Shown here: positions 38,270 through 52,989 of the stretch, one piece after another
How positions within the stretch are numbered: position 1 is the first letter of the stretch
How the letters are laid out: each line of letters begins with the position of its first letter
Source: Octopus sinensis
Lineage: Eukaryota
Assembly: GCF_006345805.1 (NCBI RefSeq)
Contig: NC_043000.1
Location: forward strand, 122,946,001 to 123,010,000
Length of the DNA: 64,000 nt
Direction: 5' to 3'
Notes under the pieces: generated by a model
What the model saw: only the letters and a program-made list of their open reading frames with translations
Database searches by the model: none
What the model was told of the DNA's origin: nothing
Translations under genes and position numbers: made by a program

Positions 38270-39010
38270 TGACAGGATAGTATGAGAAAACTATGAGAGG
38301 AGTACGACAGGTATGTATACTGTTCGCAAAACTGTTTCCATTATACTGCAAAATAATTATACGACCTATTATGCAGATAAGAGAAAATGTCAGCAATACC
38401 GAGTATGCAGACGATGAAGTTTTCATAGTAACAACAGAGAAAGATCTACAAATATTGCTATTAATATGTGCCTAAGTCTTAACAGTTAGACAATTTCAAA
38501 GAAAATAACATTAATTTACAACAAAAGAATTAATGGAACAACCTTGAAAGAAGACGATATTTTTAAATATGTAAAAACGATCATTGCATCAAATGGAAAA
38601 ATCATCAAAGAAATTAAGTTGAAAATTGGCCAAGACAAGACCACTTATGGTGAAATGAAATATATATTGCTACGTGAATTGCTGTCAATAAGAGTGAAGA
38701 AAAGAGACTTAGAGGCAGACATAAGATTCGTCCTTACATATGGTCTTTTGACCTTGAATATCAACAAAAATGTACAAAAGCCCATCCATGCCTTAAATGA
38801 ATAATGAGTGTATTTTATACAGATATCATGACAAACATCGAACTCATTAGATGTGCAAAGACCACCAGAAAGATTCTCAACAACACTAAGAGACGTTAGG
38901 CTCGGTTCACTAAACACCATAAGATAAAAGTATAAGCCTTCAGCTCCAGCTGACAAACAGAAAATGAAAGGAAAAGAAGGTAGGAAAAACACAGACAGAA
39001 CATACCAACA
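38270..39010 (+). mobile_element. Decayed RTE-clade LINE (RT motif to thumb)
   Basis: EYADDEVFIVTTEKDLQILL; FKYVKTIIASNGKIIKEIKLKIG..KTTYGEMKYIL...FVLTYG. Confidence 0.75.
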
Positions 39011-39237
39011 GAAATCAGATGACTTCAGTGAATGAGTCAGTAATGTGCAAAACTGAATACTAGGCAAGTGAGCGTGGGAGTGCATGATCCCCGATATCTC
39101 TCTGCAGAGAACGGAAGAGATAAAGAAAAGGGAGGTTTATACACGTACTTATATGTGCACATCAGTCACAGACACACAGATACACACAACACACACACAC
39201 ACACACATACACACGCACATACACACACACACACACA

Positions 39238-39690
39238 TAGTAATAGTAACAATAATCCTTTGATGGAATTTATAAACATTTAATGCATCGCTACGCGCGT
39301 TTCCGCATATCACATGTCTCTTAAGATTACAATCCTCATTCCTGGGCTGATTACATTGTAGTCCATAGTATCCGGAGGCATCGCGTGGATCATCTTCATG
39401 CATTCATTTCTTCAGGCGATATAACATTAATGAATGTTTATCAGAGGAAAGTCTACCTCTTTTGACCTTGGCACTGGTCAAGAGGGATAAACATCCATCA
39501 ACGTTATATCACCTGAAAAAATGAATCTATGAAGATGACCTACCCGCTGCCCATGTATAATACGCACTACACTATAATCATCTCAGGAATACGGACTGTG
39601 ATCTTAGGAGACATGCGATTTGTAGAAACGCGCATAGCGATGCGTTAAATGTTTGTAAAATCCATCCCAGAATTATTGTTATTATTACTA
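39238..39690. mobile_element. ~450-bp fold-back element (MITE-like) with ~210-bp imperfect arms
   Basis: The left arm aligns to the reverse complement of the right arm along its length (roughly 80% by eye); central hairpin ctcttttgacc/ggtcaagag. Confidence 0.8.
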
Positions 39691-40358
39691 TATTTATCCT
39701 ACATTATATCGGTACAGCGTGATGCAACCCCACAAACTGGTTCTCCAATCAGCAGTATCAGACTGTGGCCGGTATAATGCAATAGGAGATTTATTTTCAT
39801 ATTCAAAAGGTTTCCCGTAAACAAGTTTAAAAGATGTATACGCGCGCGCGCGTGTGTGTGTGTGTGTAAGGAAAATAAGACAAGGCAGAAAATGCTTTGA
39901 GCAGCAGCTTAAACAAACCATCAATTTTCAGAACTAAATATTTCTCTGTCCCCATAAACAATATTTCTTCAAATTTGCTACTACCTACCGAACCGCCACA
40001 AAAGGAAAAAATAGAGAGACAAAAAAAAATGGAAAATGTCCTACCTATTTGAAGACTATGGAAATATTTACGAAACATTTCATTCAATTTTTTCTTCAAT
40101 TTAATTGTTTTTGTTTTTTTACTCTTAGTTGCAAAAGTCGAAAAGAGTGAAACTGGTACTAACCTTTACAAAATATGTTTCATGATAAATTTATTTTAGC
40201 ATTTTCTACCTAGTTTTATTTTCCTTATACATATCAACTCGTGTATTATTTTTCAACCTTCTACATAATATATATATAATGAAAAAAGACCAAGCAAAAG
40301 TCGAAGACGGGTGTGTAAACAAACAGATATATTAGTTTAACGCTCGGGAAGTGAGAAT

Positions 40359-40395
40359 GTCTTTTACATTTCGAGCCTACGCTCTTCAACAGAAG
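40359..40395 (-). ncRNA. Ultra-minimal hammerhead-like motif (A6>U core variant) in a Penelope-like repeat (40280-40395)
   Basis: CTT-CTGTTGA-A-GAGC-gtag-GCTC-GAAA-TG-TA-AAAG. Confidence 0.55.
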
Positions 40396-40460
40396 ATAGC
40401 TGATGAGATACGGTTCTCCTATATGACTACGAATCTTTGAGTCGTATGGACTGAATCAAA

Positions 40461-40520
<60 letters not shown>

Positions 40521-41021
40521 GAAATTGAGGGAATGGAGCAGGTAAAACCCGCCCATTAAAGACTCATATTTGAGTGCCTCAGTAACACCTTATAATTTCA
40601 TGTGAGCATCGAGTATGAAGTGCAATTTATTTAGGAAGAGTATTGCATTTATGCATATATACAGGTAAAAACATTACTAATGAAAAGGCAAACACGCACG
40701 TGGAGGATGAAAATCAAGGTCCCCACCCCTAAATAGAATAAGATCAATATTAAAATGTGTATAAAGATGGATATATCTAGATTTAAATAAACGGTAATTA
40801 GATCTTTCAATAAAAAACATATGTATGCACACACACACACAAACACACACACACTCACACACACACACCTAATATTCGTATTACCGCTCTGTACTCGTCT
40901 AACGCTTTGTTCTGAAGCATATGTGTATTGCGTTCTACGCTAGGTTATTAGTCGAAATGCCTAAGCAAAAGATATGTGTGTATTATATATATACATATAT
41001 ACACACACACACACATATATG

Positions 41022-41113
<92 letters not shown>

Positions 41114-41206
41114 ATATATTAATATATATATATATATATTATATATATATATATGCATACATATATATATATTTATTTATTTATTTATTTATATATATAT
41201 ATAAAT

Positions 41207-41610
41207 GGAGTGGCCGTGTGGTAAGTAGCTTGCTAAACAACCACATGGTTCCGGGTTCAGTCCTCCTGCGTGGCACCTTGGGCAAGTGTCTTCTACTATA
41301 GCCTCGGGCCGACCAATGCCTTGTGAGTGGATTTGGTAGGCGGAAACTGAAAGTAGCCTGTCGTATATATGTATATATATATATGTGTGTGTATGTTTGT
41401 GTGTCTGTGTTTGTCCCCCTAGCATTGCTTGACAACCGATGCTGGTGTGTTTACGTCCCCGTCACTTAGCGGCTCGGCAAAAAAGACCGATAGAATAAGT
41501 ACTGGGCTTACAAAGAATAGTCCCGGGGTCGATTTGCTCGACTAAGGCGGTGCTCCAGCATGGCCGCAGTCAAATGACTGAAACAAGTAAAAGAGTAAAA
41601 GAGTAAAGAG
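41207..41610 (+). mobile_element. SINE family A (5' few nt missing)
   Basis: Match to family A. Confidence 0.9.
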
Positions 41611-41689
41611 TATATAAATTAAAATAATGAGGGTAGAATTGACGTCTATCTCTGGCGTATAGGAATCTACTTTAGTGGTCATTCCTCTT

Positions 41690-41956
<267 letters not shown>

Positions 41957-42505
41957 CATGTATTATAATGTTCTAGGATACTGAACCTATACAGTATTCT
42001 CATTCACAATAATTAGTAGGAATAGTTTTCGGTGGAACGGATATTCAGTTAAAATGGATAATAAATATATCCAATGCATGATATATCATTTAGATTGAAA
42101 TAAATCGGTCATTCTACCAAAAGGTATTTAAAATCACCTGATACTATTCTGCTGCCTTCGTAGAACTCAAAAATTGAAGAAACACGTTATTTTTATTACA
42201 AACTGAGAAACAAACAACGCAGTTACTATAATGCAGAGGCGTTAAGATGGTTTCCTAAACGGATATCTTCATAATCGCTTCTTATTCAGTAGCGAAGATC
42301 TATTGTTTTTCTACTTATGTTTTCATTAATAGACGTCAATGATACTTATTGTTTGCCTAGGACATTGACTTTGTTACTTATCCAACGAAAATTTTCTGTG
42401 CTGTATTCTGTGGTGGTTACCTTAACGAAAGAATTACATTTCCTGTGTGTTGATACATTGTACCGCTTTCGAACTGTTAATTGTTGTGTATTATATTGGC
42501 GCAAG

Positions 42506-42793
42506 TGGAGGCACATGGCCTACTTGGTTAGAGCAGCAGACTCGTGGATTCGAATCTCAGACCGGGCGATGTGTGTGTTTATGAGCGAAACACTTAAGCT
42601 CCACGCGGCTCCAGCAGAAGGTGATGGCGAACTTCTGCTGACTTTTTCGCCACAACTTTCTCTCACTCTTTCCTCTTACATCATGCAGCTCACTTACGAC
42701 GGACCGGCGCCCGTCCAGGTGGGGAAACTATACGCCAAAGAAACCGGAAAAACAGCGCTTATGAGCCAGGTATTGCTCGAGAAGGAACAAACA
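42506..42793 (+). mobile_element. tRNA-derived SINE (family E) with a 13-bp TSD, inserted into the head of an older family A-like SINE (to ~42940)
   Basis: ATATTGGCGCAAG at 42493-42505 and 42794-42806; head ggaggcacatggcctac..ggattcgaatc. Confidence 0.8.
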
Positions 42794-43190
42794 ATATTGG
42801 CGCAAGCATAGTTTTATGTTTAAGATGCTTACTTTGCACACACGTGGTTCGGGGTTCAGTCCCACTGTGTGAAACTTTGGTCGTGTCTTCTTCTACAGCT
42901 CTGGTTCGACCGATGCACTATGAGAGAATTTGCATATACATTTATTTGTATAGGAAACGTCGTAATATTCAGTGTTTGCTCTGAATTCTAAAGAAAATCT
43001 ACGGAGATAAACTCAGAAGTGAGAATATTTCACTGCTAACACAAAAGTAAGACACTATATTGACTTGTAAACTTTTAATATGCTTATTGGTATATTAAGG
43101 GTGCAAAGCAAAATATTGAGTCCTTCCTAGCAACTATACACACACACACACTCACACACACACACTCACACACACACACTCACACACACT

Positions 43191-43222
<32 letters not shown>

Positions 43223-43437
43223 TATATATGAAACAATTGTAGATGAATATGTTAATTAATTAATAAATCAAGTTGCATCCATTAGATCTCTCCGTTTTCA
43301 AATATAATAATAATAGTTGATATTTTATATTTTATATACTATATTTATTAAAGAAATATCTCTTCAAAATACAGTATATTAAGCCAGAGTATCTTGAATA
43401 AAAATATCCTTATAAGAGGTCTAAATATCGTCATAGT

Positions 43438-43531
<94 letters not shown>

Positions 43532-44615
43532 CCGTTACTATTATGTTAAACTGTCGTATGTCCAATTTGGCAAAATGGTTTTTTTTATTCAGTATTTATT
43601 TTTCCTTGCAATAGCTGGTTCTTTTGGTCTAGCTATCGTATCTCCAGCTGCTTCAGAAGATGCCAAGCTATCAAAAATTGTCAAAGTGTAGTACTACGAT
43701 TTTGGTATTTTCGTTTTCTGAAAAAGTAACGTTTTGAACTTACGACATTTTTGCATAATAGCAACGATATATATATTCATATTTATATATATATATATAT
43801 ACATGATGCGTGTTTTGGGGTTTTACATCCCCGTACCATTGGCAGTTCAGCAAAAGAAACCAAATAAGTAGCACATCTTTGAAACAATAAGTACTGAGTT
43901 CAATTTGATCGACAAAACCCTGCAAAGCGATGTGCTAGCAAGTCCGCGGTCCAGTGACTAAAACAAGTAAAAAACAAAAGATATATACTTTTAGAAGGGA
44001 GACCTTTGCAAAATACTATAAGCTCATATACCTTGATCTATAGGAAATTCTGACAAGTTTTCTCATACTATATGGGAGATGGTGAATCCAGCACTACAGT
44101 CTAACGAAATGTCTTTCCAGTATACCGTGCGTTGTGGATTATTGCAATGATGAGATGTTTCAATCCTGTGATACGTATTTCAAGCTACGTAGAAGACGGA
44201 AACATTGGAACATTGAGTATATTTGTCACGGACACGTTGTAATTGCTACTAACAGAGTGCGTACAATAAGTGAACCGATCTTTTGGTTGGTTGTCTAGTC
44301 TTCTATTGAATTGGCCATCAGTGCTTTCATAAAATGATTAAACAGATGCTAAATATCTTCTATATTCGAGTGAATAATGTTAATAACAGCAATTAGGAAT
44401 TTAATGAGTCGACAATAAAAAACTTCTGCCTGGATGATCTGCCCTTTGATTGCTAAACAACTGATTGATAAACTAATTATCATTTGGTGCTTCAATATCT
44501 ACACCGCCCTGATTCAACTATGGCCCATTGTATACACTAATAATAAGCTAGTGACAATGATTAAAAAAAAATGTACCTTCTAATTACTCTCATATCTCTA
44601 TTCATATTTATATCG

Positions 44616-44693
<78 letters not shown>

Positions 44694-44841
44694 GCACACA
44701 GAAACATAAAAACAGACATACTCATCACATCCACCCACACTCATAAAGACACATACGATAGATTAGATAAACATAGATAGATAGACAGATAGATAGATAC
44801 ATACATACATACATACATACATAGACCTTCGCGTGTGTTTA

Positions 44842-44887
<46 letters not shown>

Positions 44888-44912
44888 CATGTCTGTGTCT
44901 ATATATGTGTAC

Positions 44913-44966
<54 letters not shown>

Positions 44967-45053
44967 TATATATATATGTATGTATATGTGTTTGCGCTTG
45001 TGTTATGTACGTATATATATATGTGTGTGTGTGTGTACGTGTGTGTGTGTCTC

Positions 45054-45106
<53 letters not shown>

Positions 45107-45446
45107 ATGCGTGTGTATAATATTTACTCACAATTACAGGCGTATATTGTATATTGTGATGCAAATCATAATGTGAATCTTACAGATTGAAATAACTTTC
45201 GATATGAGAAAGCCTTAGCTGCAATAAAAATTATAATATTGTAATTTTTTTTTCTATGCTTTCAGATCGTGGAGAAAGACGATGTGATTTTTAATTATCT
45301 GTTTTGCTGTTTTTTTTTTGCTTTTTCACCACTCAAAGAGGAATAGCCTGATTTGATTTCAATACCGATAAGAGAGGGATATCCAGCCTCTATACAATGC
45401 AGTCAAGTGTGCAGCTGATAGTTTATGCATACATTTGTGTGTGTGA

Positions 45447-45483
<37 letters not shown>

Positions 45484-45679
45484 TGGCTAACTTGCGTGAT
45501 AGATACATGTGTATATGTATATACATATACCCACATATACACACACGCAAATATATATGTATAAATATCTATCCAGTCATACACACATGCATACATACAT
45601 ACATATACATATACACATATGCATGTACACATATATATATACATATATTCATATATATATATATATATATACCTTCGCT

Positions 45680-48300
45680 TAAGATATAGAATATCATCTC
45701 CTTGAACACTGATGACAGAAAGAGTGATAAGAAACCTTTGGCACCAGCAGTCAATCCTGCTTGACCCTCACTGAAACATCAGTCACTACAGACCCGTTGT
45801 TGAGTTTTATATACCAAAAGATTCCATGATGTCAATGAAGATCATATACTTTGCTCTACACATTTTTCCTGAATCTGACGGAAACAGAAAACTATATTCA
45901 TGATGCATCGACAGTGAACCTGGGGTAGAACTATGGCAAATTTGTATACGAGGATGGATTCTACCCATAATTACCTTAGTGAAAACCTAATTGGGATGTG
46001 CAAGGCCATTCTGAAATTCAGGTGATGAGCGAATGACTGTGGAACAACAAAGAATGCTTGTGAATTCTAACGTATACCGAGCAATATAATTATGTACTCT
46101 ACCTTATGAATCTGAGCCATAAACGGTTCACAGCAAACAGGTAAAAACTGTATGGATTCATGGTGCAAATCATGATCATCATCTGGGTTGCTAGGATCAG
46201 GAACACTATCATGTTACAGAAAGCTAAGCGTAGAGAAAGCTAAAGAAATGTCAGTAGAAGGAAACCTCTGTTGGCTTAGGTATGGTCAAAGAATGGAGAA
46301 AACTTTGTTTGTAGTTGGTTAACGATTGAATACAACTTAAAGAGACTAAGAATTGATACTTACAGCTGGATCACAGCAATCAGGACAGAAACCTGATGAA
46401 TGAAGCTTGCAACAGATCCGTCAACTTCAAGTGTCTTGAGAGCTGGGGGTCCCACTGTATTGAGTTGGTCAATGTGCCAAAATTGTATGTATCTTGAAGT
46501 GAATCAAAAATACACTTTGAGCAAACACACCCGAAAACGTCACCGTTCTGTGTACCTTCAGAAAATTTTTAAGAATGTGCGATGGAAGCAAGCAAATGGG
46601 TGCTGGAAGTTCCTATACAAGAACCAGAATGGAAATAGAGAATACTTCATTCAATCACTCGCCTTTTGAAAAAAAGCAGAGTAGTTGTTCAGCAGCAGCA
46701 TTTAAGCCTGAACCGTAATCTAAGATCAGCTCAACACATCTAGGTGAAGAAAACCAAATTAGTAGTCTTCATCTCATCTGCGTGGAAAGCCACATCTAAT
46801 GAAATCATGTTCAAACACTTGAAAAACAAAAATAAACTACTGAATTTGGAATTTGGAATGCATGAACTCTCATGGACACCCCAAACTCTGACGGATCGTC
46901 CAAGAGAACTACCTTTATGCCTGGGAACTTCAAGTATTCGACATTGTTACCGTGAGCTGGAGAAGACGCCTAAAAAGAAAGCAATGCGAAATCAACTTCC
47001 CCACCCACCATCTCCACTCCTGGAAAGATATCATCCTGAACAATCAAAGAGGTTTGCCGCCAGAAACACTCCTATATCACACTCCAAAAGAGCAAGTACC
47101 GAGATTCATGTAGTATCTCTTGATTTTTCGAATCCAACCATTCAAGAACCTCCACACCAATCGTCTATGCTCCATTTCTAGACATTGAAGATAAAAGAAT
47201 AACAGAACTGCCACCCTACTTGACGAATTTATATTTTAGTCCCTAGTAATAAAACTATTCATTTAGAATATATCATTAATCAACTAGGGGAAATTGCTTA
47301 ACTCTGAACTAGAATAATCAGCAAGGCGGTTGACAAAGCCACCTCCAATAGAAACAACTCATCACCGAATGATGTGAACATAACTGGAGATTATTACGAC
47401 CCTCTTTCACAAGGTACGGAGTCTCCTAGCAATAACCATGCTTCAAAGAATGGCATTTCGTCAATTATGTACTGAAAACAAGAGCTGATGCTGTACCGAC
47501 GAGCATTAGACAGATCATCACCTCGTTTCACCCTCCATAAAAATGAAGATTAGACCAAATGAAAGCATAAATATCAGAAGTACAAGAATAAATTCAGAGC
47601 TGACATCCTCTGTCAATCATGTATACACGTTTCGATACTATCTTGAAGAACTGCTGTCTCTTGAAGAACTGCTGCCTCAACAAATCCCACTATCTGTGGA
47701 CGAACACGGAAATCAATAAAGAGTATTATCATCACTTTATGTGAGGAAACAATGGGTTCGAGAAAAGGCGCCAAGCTTGCTTCGATGATAATTACAAACA
47801 AACAACTACAACAGCTCAACGGTGGAAAGAGAAAAGCTTTCGTCGCCTCAAAAAATTACTGTCGGCGTTCAAAAGAAAAGGAATGTTTTATCAGGAATGC
47901 AAGATTTTCTCAAACCTAAAAAATTAAAGACGAAGAAAGGAAATTCAGGAAATCTAACAACTAACAAACGTGATACACGGGTTTTTCACAACTTTTGTTC
48001 CATCCATTCACAGGCAAGCTCCTCGATAAAAGCAAACATAACTGAATCATCCGGGAGATTATTACTCAAATCAATTCTAGCTTCAGGGTGGGGAACGTTG
48101 ATGATATTCTAAAACCGTCTTGTTTGAGATGAATGGGATTAACAAAATTCCGACACAAACGCCAATAATTCCTTAAATCCTGTTTACTAAACGCAAAGTC
48201 TTGTTGCCCCCTGTATCCACAACGCAACTTAACTTTTTGTGTAGCATTGACAGTTGCTGGCACTTTGACTGTGAATAAATTTCTATTGCATCATATAATT
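45680..48300 (+). pseudogene. Decayed coding-like block, possibly THAP-containing gene or transposon relic
   Basis: 2.6 kb free of microsatellites, with long protein-like runs broken by stops and frameshifts; P-x10-(W*)-x16-CSTHF at 45762-45866. Confidence 0.3.
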
Positions 48301-48347
48301 TGTACTTATTCCAGTAGATATACGTACATGTATATTGTTAGTATATT

Positions 48348-48522
48348 AGTAGACATCTCTGTTGTGTCTGGGGAGAGTCATTTTCTTTTTATGCCTTATA
48401 ATATAACACACTCACGGTAAAATTTCCACTTTTTTCTTATATTTATTTTCCTAAAATTTTCGTTGCGTCTTGGAACCTTTTCAATAGTTTTGGCCCTGTC
48501 CGTTATTTACAGTAGACATCTC
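48348..48522. mobile_element. ~150-bp insertion flanked by a 12-bp direct repeat
   Basis: AGTAGACATCTC at 48348-48359 and 48511-48522. Confidence 0.45.
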
Positions 48523-49019
48523 ATTTGCGATGTATAAATTTCAAAAACAGCATCGATCTCTTTGCAGAGGATAGTTTCAAATTGCGAAGCTCTGAGTTAT
48601 GGATCCAGCATGCTTCCACTGCGACACTCTTCTCAACAAGTGATTAAAACAAATATATAATGTATTATTTCTTTTATTGTCTGTTCTTGGTTACATCATT
48701 TCTATTACATCATCCATCGTATGTTGATTATTTAATTATTTATTTATTTACTTCTACGCATTAGACTGTTTAAACTGTACGAAATATAGTAACTACACAA
48801 TAAATTCTACAACACTACGATGTTAATTTACTTACTGAAAGGTGACTTTTTTCTCTGCCAGTTCCCTCAGAGTCACATTTCACAAATCACATGTATAGAT
48901 CTATGCATTGCAAATGTTTCCTGGGTGCCTCTTCATTTACCATTTTATTTTCAAATCAGCCAGAAGTAACTCAGATGTAGAAAACAATATTTCAACCAGC
49001 GCAGCATAGTAAGTGATAC

Positions 49020-49375
49020 TAACACAGAAATCAAGGGAGTTATCAAAGCCCTATGAAGGAAATGGGCCGCTAGGCCCGATAGAATAGCAAGCGAGTACTA
49101 CAAAATTGGAGGTTATCTGCTTGGTTACCGGCTGCAGCATTTTCTTACAAGATCTAAATAAAGACTTTAATGACTCAACAAGTATTACTGTATAGAAAAA
49201 GAGATCGATCGATCCGTGTCCTAAAAGTACTGTGATTTTATTTGAAAGTAACTGCACAGGCCAGATGCGCACCTGGCTCAAGTCAACCAGTAGCCAAAAA
49301 GAGCCTTCCGGAAACATAATAAACTAGTAAGAGACCACCACAGAGTGAGATCAACGTGATCTTCACAGACGAATA
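49020..49375 (+). mobile_element. Decayed RTE-clade LINE, N-terminal part of RT
   Basis: EIKGVIKAL..GPDRIASEYYKIGG; KDFNDSTSITV*KK. Confidence 0.6.
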
Positions 49376-49683
49376 GCCACAATATATATATATACATATA
49401 TATAAATATATATGTATGTATGTATATATATATATATATATAAATACATAATACATATATACATGGACAGAGAAAGAGTGGGAAAGGAAAGATAGGGAGA
49501 GAGAGACAAGCAGATTATATAATCAGGATTGCTGTTCCACACAGACTTCCGTCCGGTTGTACGGTTCGTGTGCAAGAACGAATCCGGGTATATTAAGTGT
49601 CCATGAAGAGTTTTTCTTAAGAGTTGATCACATAATTCAACCTAGGAAATACCTTCTCTCTATTAAGCCACTCTCTATCTGTC

Positions 49684-49747
<64 letters not shown>

Positions 49748-49858
49748 GTATATATGTATGGAAAACGACAGAATAATTAACTATTTAAATTGCAGCATAC
49801 CATCTCAGACCACATAAAGTTACACCACATCACACACATGTATATACTTATGTATGCA

Positions 49859-49897
<39 letters not shown>

Positions 49898-50284
49898 ATG
49901 CGTGCATATAAACGTGTGTGTTGCGAATATGTTCACAACCCATCTAACAAACAGGTAAACTCTGGTGAATTCACGAGGGTCTTTTAGCAGAATAAACTGA
50001 ACAACAGCTCGACTAGTTTCGACTGGTTACTGCCCTCTCATCAAGTGTGTCTACGTCTATCTGCTTGTGTCAGTCGTAAAGAAACTTAGAGTTACAATAT
50101 AATGCTATAGAGATGCTAAAACATTCTAAAAGATGAGTAACAGTCATCGATTTTAATTATGTGTATACTTGCAATTTGTATATAATTAAAGTTATAGTCA
50201 TATATATAACTAAAGCACAGAGAAATCATGTGTATATATAAACTGTGAATCAGTTTAGACACTTATGTACAATGAATATATATA

Positions 50285-50699
50285 TATTTCTTTACTACCC
50301 ACAAGGGGCTAAACACAGAGGGGACAAACAAGGACAGACAAGCGGATTAAATCGATTATATCGACCCCAGTGCGTAACTGGTACTTAATTTATCGACCCC
50401 GAAAGGATGAAAGGTAAAGTCGACCTCGGCGGAACTTGAACTCAGAACGTAACGGCAGATGAAATACCTATTTCTTTACTACCCAGAAGGGGCTAAACAC
50501 AGAGGGAACAAACAAGGACAGACAAGCGGATTAAATCGATTATATCGACCCCAGTGCGTAACTGGTACTTAATTTATCGACCCCGAAAGGATGAAAGGCA
50601 AAGTCGACCTCGGTGGAATTTGAACTCAGAACATAACGGTAGACGAAATACTGCTAAGCATTTCGCCCGGCGCGCTAACGTTTCTACCAGCTCGCCGCC
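50285..50699 (-). mobile_element. SINE family B tandem dimer
   Basis: Junction at 50467/50468, identical in position to the other dimers. Confidence 0.92.
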
Positions 50700-51555
50700 T
50701 TCCTAATGTACAATGAATATATATTCAGCCTCACTGTGTTAAAGATTCGTATTTTTATGAAGTCACATACGCACATGCAAGCGGATGCTCAGCATATAAG
50801 AGTGTGTGCGTGTGTAAAATTTGTAAAGTGACTACAATCACTATCTAATTCAGTGAAAACAATTAGTATACAACTGATTAGTATAACAATGTTCTCGATA
50901 TCTAGATTCAGCCGATAAAAGGTTATCAACTTCAAATGAAATGAGGACACGTTGAACATTGACAAGTAATTGATATGACTAGAAGAAGTGGACATGCGTA
51001 GTGAAGGCGAGTAAGCAGGGACTGACAGGCGTAATAAAATTCACCATGAAAATATATTGTATGTTCATAGTTTGAAATGCACTCAGCAGAATTGATTCAT
51101 CGTCATTCGTTATTTCTTTGTGTCCAATAACTCCTATCGTTTCCTGTTATAATGGACTTGGCTGTTTCCTCTTTTGCATTCATTTATTTTGATTAATCTT
51201 CTTGATAACAAGACGAATCCATTTATAGTTACAGGTGTTAGAAGACTTAACTACAAGATCTAATGAGAGAAAACTGTACCTGACTGAAATTTCTGCTGTC
51301 GATTGATATTGTATCTGCTTATTTTAATTTCAATAAACACGCATAAACATATATAGATTTCTTCGTTGTTTATTTATCAAATATATTCATGTTTATATTG
51401 CTGAAGGTAGCTTCGGGAGATTGAATTCTTCACAACACTGTTGACTTCATACTTGAGTGACAGGGGTAAGTTTTTCTAATATCTGCTTAATTTAAGCTTC
51501 AAACAACACGCTACCAAAATATTTGATAACCTATACAGCGTCTACGACGAAGAAA

Positions 51556-51786
51556 GGCGGCGAGCTGGCAGAAACGTTATGGCGCCGGGCGAAATGCTTA
51601 GCAGTATTTCGTCTGTCGTTATGTTCTGAGTTCAAATTCCGCCAAGGTCGACTTTGCCTTTCATCCTTTCGGGGGCGATAAATAAAGTACCAGTTTCGCA
51701 CTGGGGACGATGTAATCGACTTAATCCCTTTGTCTGTCCTTGTTCGTCCCCTCTATGTTTAGCGCCTTGTGGGCAGTAAAGAAATA
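51556..51786 (+). mobile_element. SINE family B monomer; a 23-bp TSD encloses the SINE plus a MITE
   Basis: TATACAGCGTCTA(C/T)GACGAAGAA at 51532-51554 and 51930-51952. Confidence 0.9.
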
Positions 51787-51927
51787 TAAGGTTGTCCCAA
51801 AAGTTCGTAGAAAGTCTTGGAAAATAATGGTCTTTATTTTGAGGGATAATTTTTTTTGTTTTTGTTAGTACTTGGCGAGTAAAAATTCAATTTTCGCAAG
51901 TGTTTACGAACTTTTAAGACAACCTAA
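51787..51927. mobile_element. 141-bp mariner-like MITE
   Basis: TIRs taaggttgtcccaaaagttcgta / tacgaacttttaagacaacctaa, with TA on both sides. Confidence 0.85.
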
Positions 51928-52989
51928 TATATACAGCGTCTATGACGAAGAATAGTAACAATATATGGTAACCATTTATATTTACATGTGCTACAATAGA
52001 GAAAGTCAAACTAATTTAATCGTGAATAGATCCTAGGTCACCTAAGGATATGAACTGTAAACCCGACGACTGGCAATCTGATTTTCTATTAGTCATAAAT
52101 TCGAAAAGACCTACACAGCATGTACTCGATTTTGTTTGAGTTTAGCATGAATTTTTGTTTCATTCAATTTGAATGTAACAGTTTACCCACAGACTAAAAG
52201 CAAGTCCTGCTATCAGATACAAACTCAAAGTCTCATATTTAGGAATTAGGTATGTTATGTATTTTGTCTTTTCAATTTTTTATCATTCTTCTTTGAAAGT
52301 GATTTTGATAGCATAGAGAGTTGAAGCAGAACGTCAAAATTTGCTAGGAAGAGGTGTAGTTAATTGACTTTCTCTCAGTATGTTACTAATACATATCTTA
52401 ACAAAACCTTTACATATGAAAGGCAACGCTTATTCAAGTTGTATTTGAACTCTGAACCTAAAAAAGAAAATGTTTCGTACATCACTTTTGTGTTTGCAAA
52501 TACTTACATCGTTCGGAATGACTGGTTCTTTTAGACAGGCGTATTTTAAGCTATGAAGAAATAGGAAACTATAACATTCATACCTCTTCGAGTGGTATTA
52601 ATAGCGTAAATGTTCAACTAAGGTTTGAAAGTGCATGGCAACGCTTGTGTGATTGGCGTGTACTCCTTCTTCTAAGGTGCTTGTCCTAAAGTGTACTTAA
52701 ATATTGATTTCTTTGAACTAGTCATGAAACAGTTTTATAAAGACGGGAACATAGCCTGTTGAATCGACTGCAATATAAGCTTAATGCTTAATTTATTGAC
52801 CTCCCACTTCTCCTTAGATAAATCCTCCAGGGAAATAACGATATAAATTTGTTTCGGTACATTCTACACTTCAAAACGAATAATCTTTAGTATAAGGATT
52901 AGAGAGATAAGTTGCATTAGCTTTGATGGAGAGATATGGTTTGAAACTAAGATGTATGAAGTGGAAAACCTGTGATATTTTGATATTTG

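Noticed and set aside
40396-40460. CTGATGA followed by hairpins
   Set aside because: No GAAA strand follows stem II.
42317-42811. 164-aa ORF
   Set aside because: Runs across a TSD-flanked SINE insertion; a chance frame.
45241-45300. Strong-looking splice acceptor (T-tract...ttcag)
   Set aside because: No donor or open frame follows; insufficient on its own.
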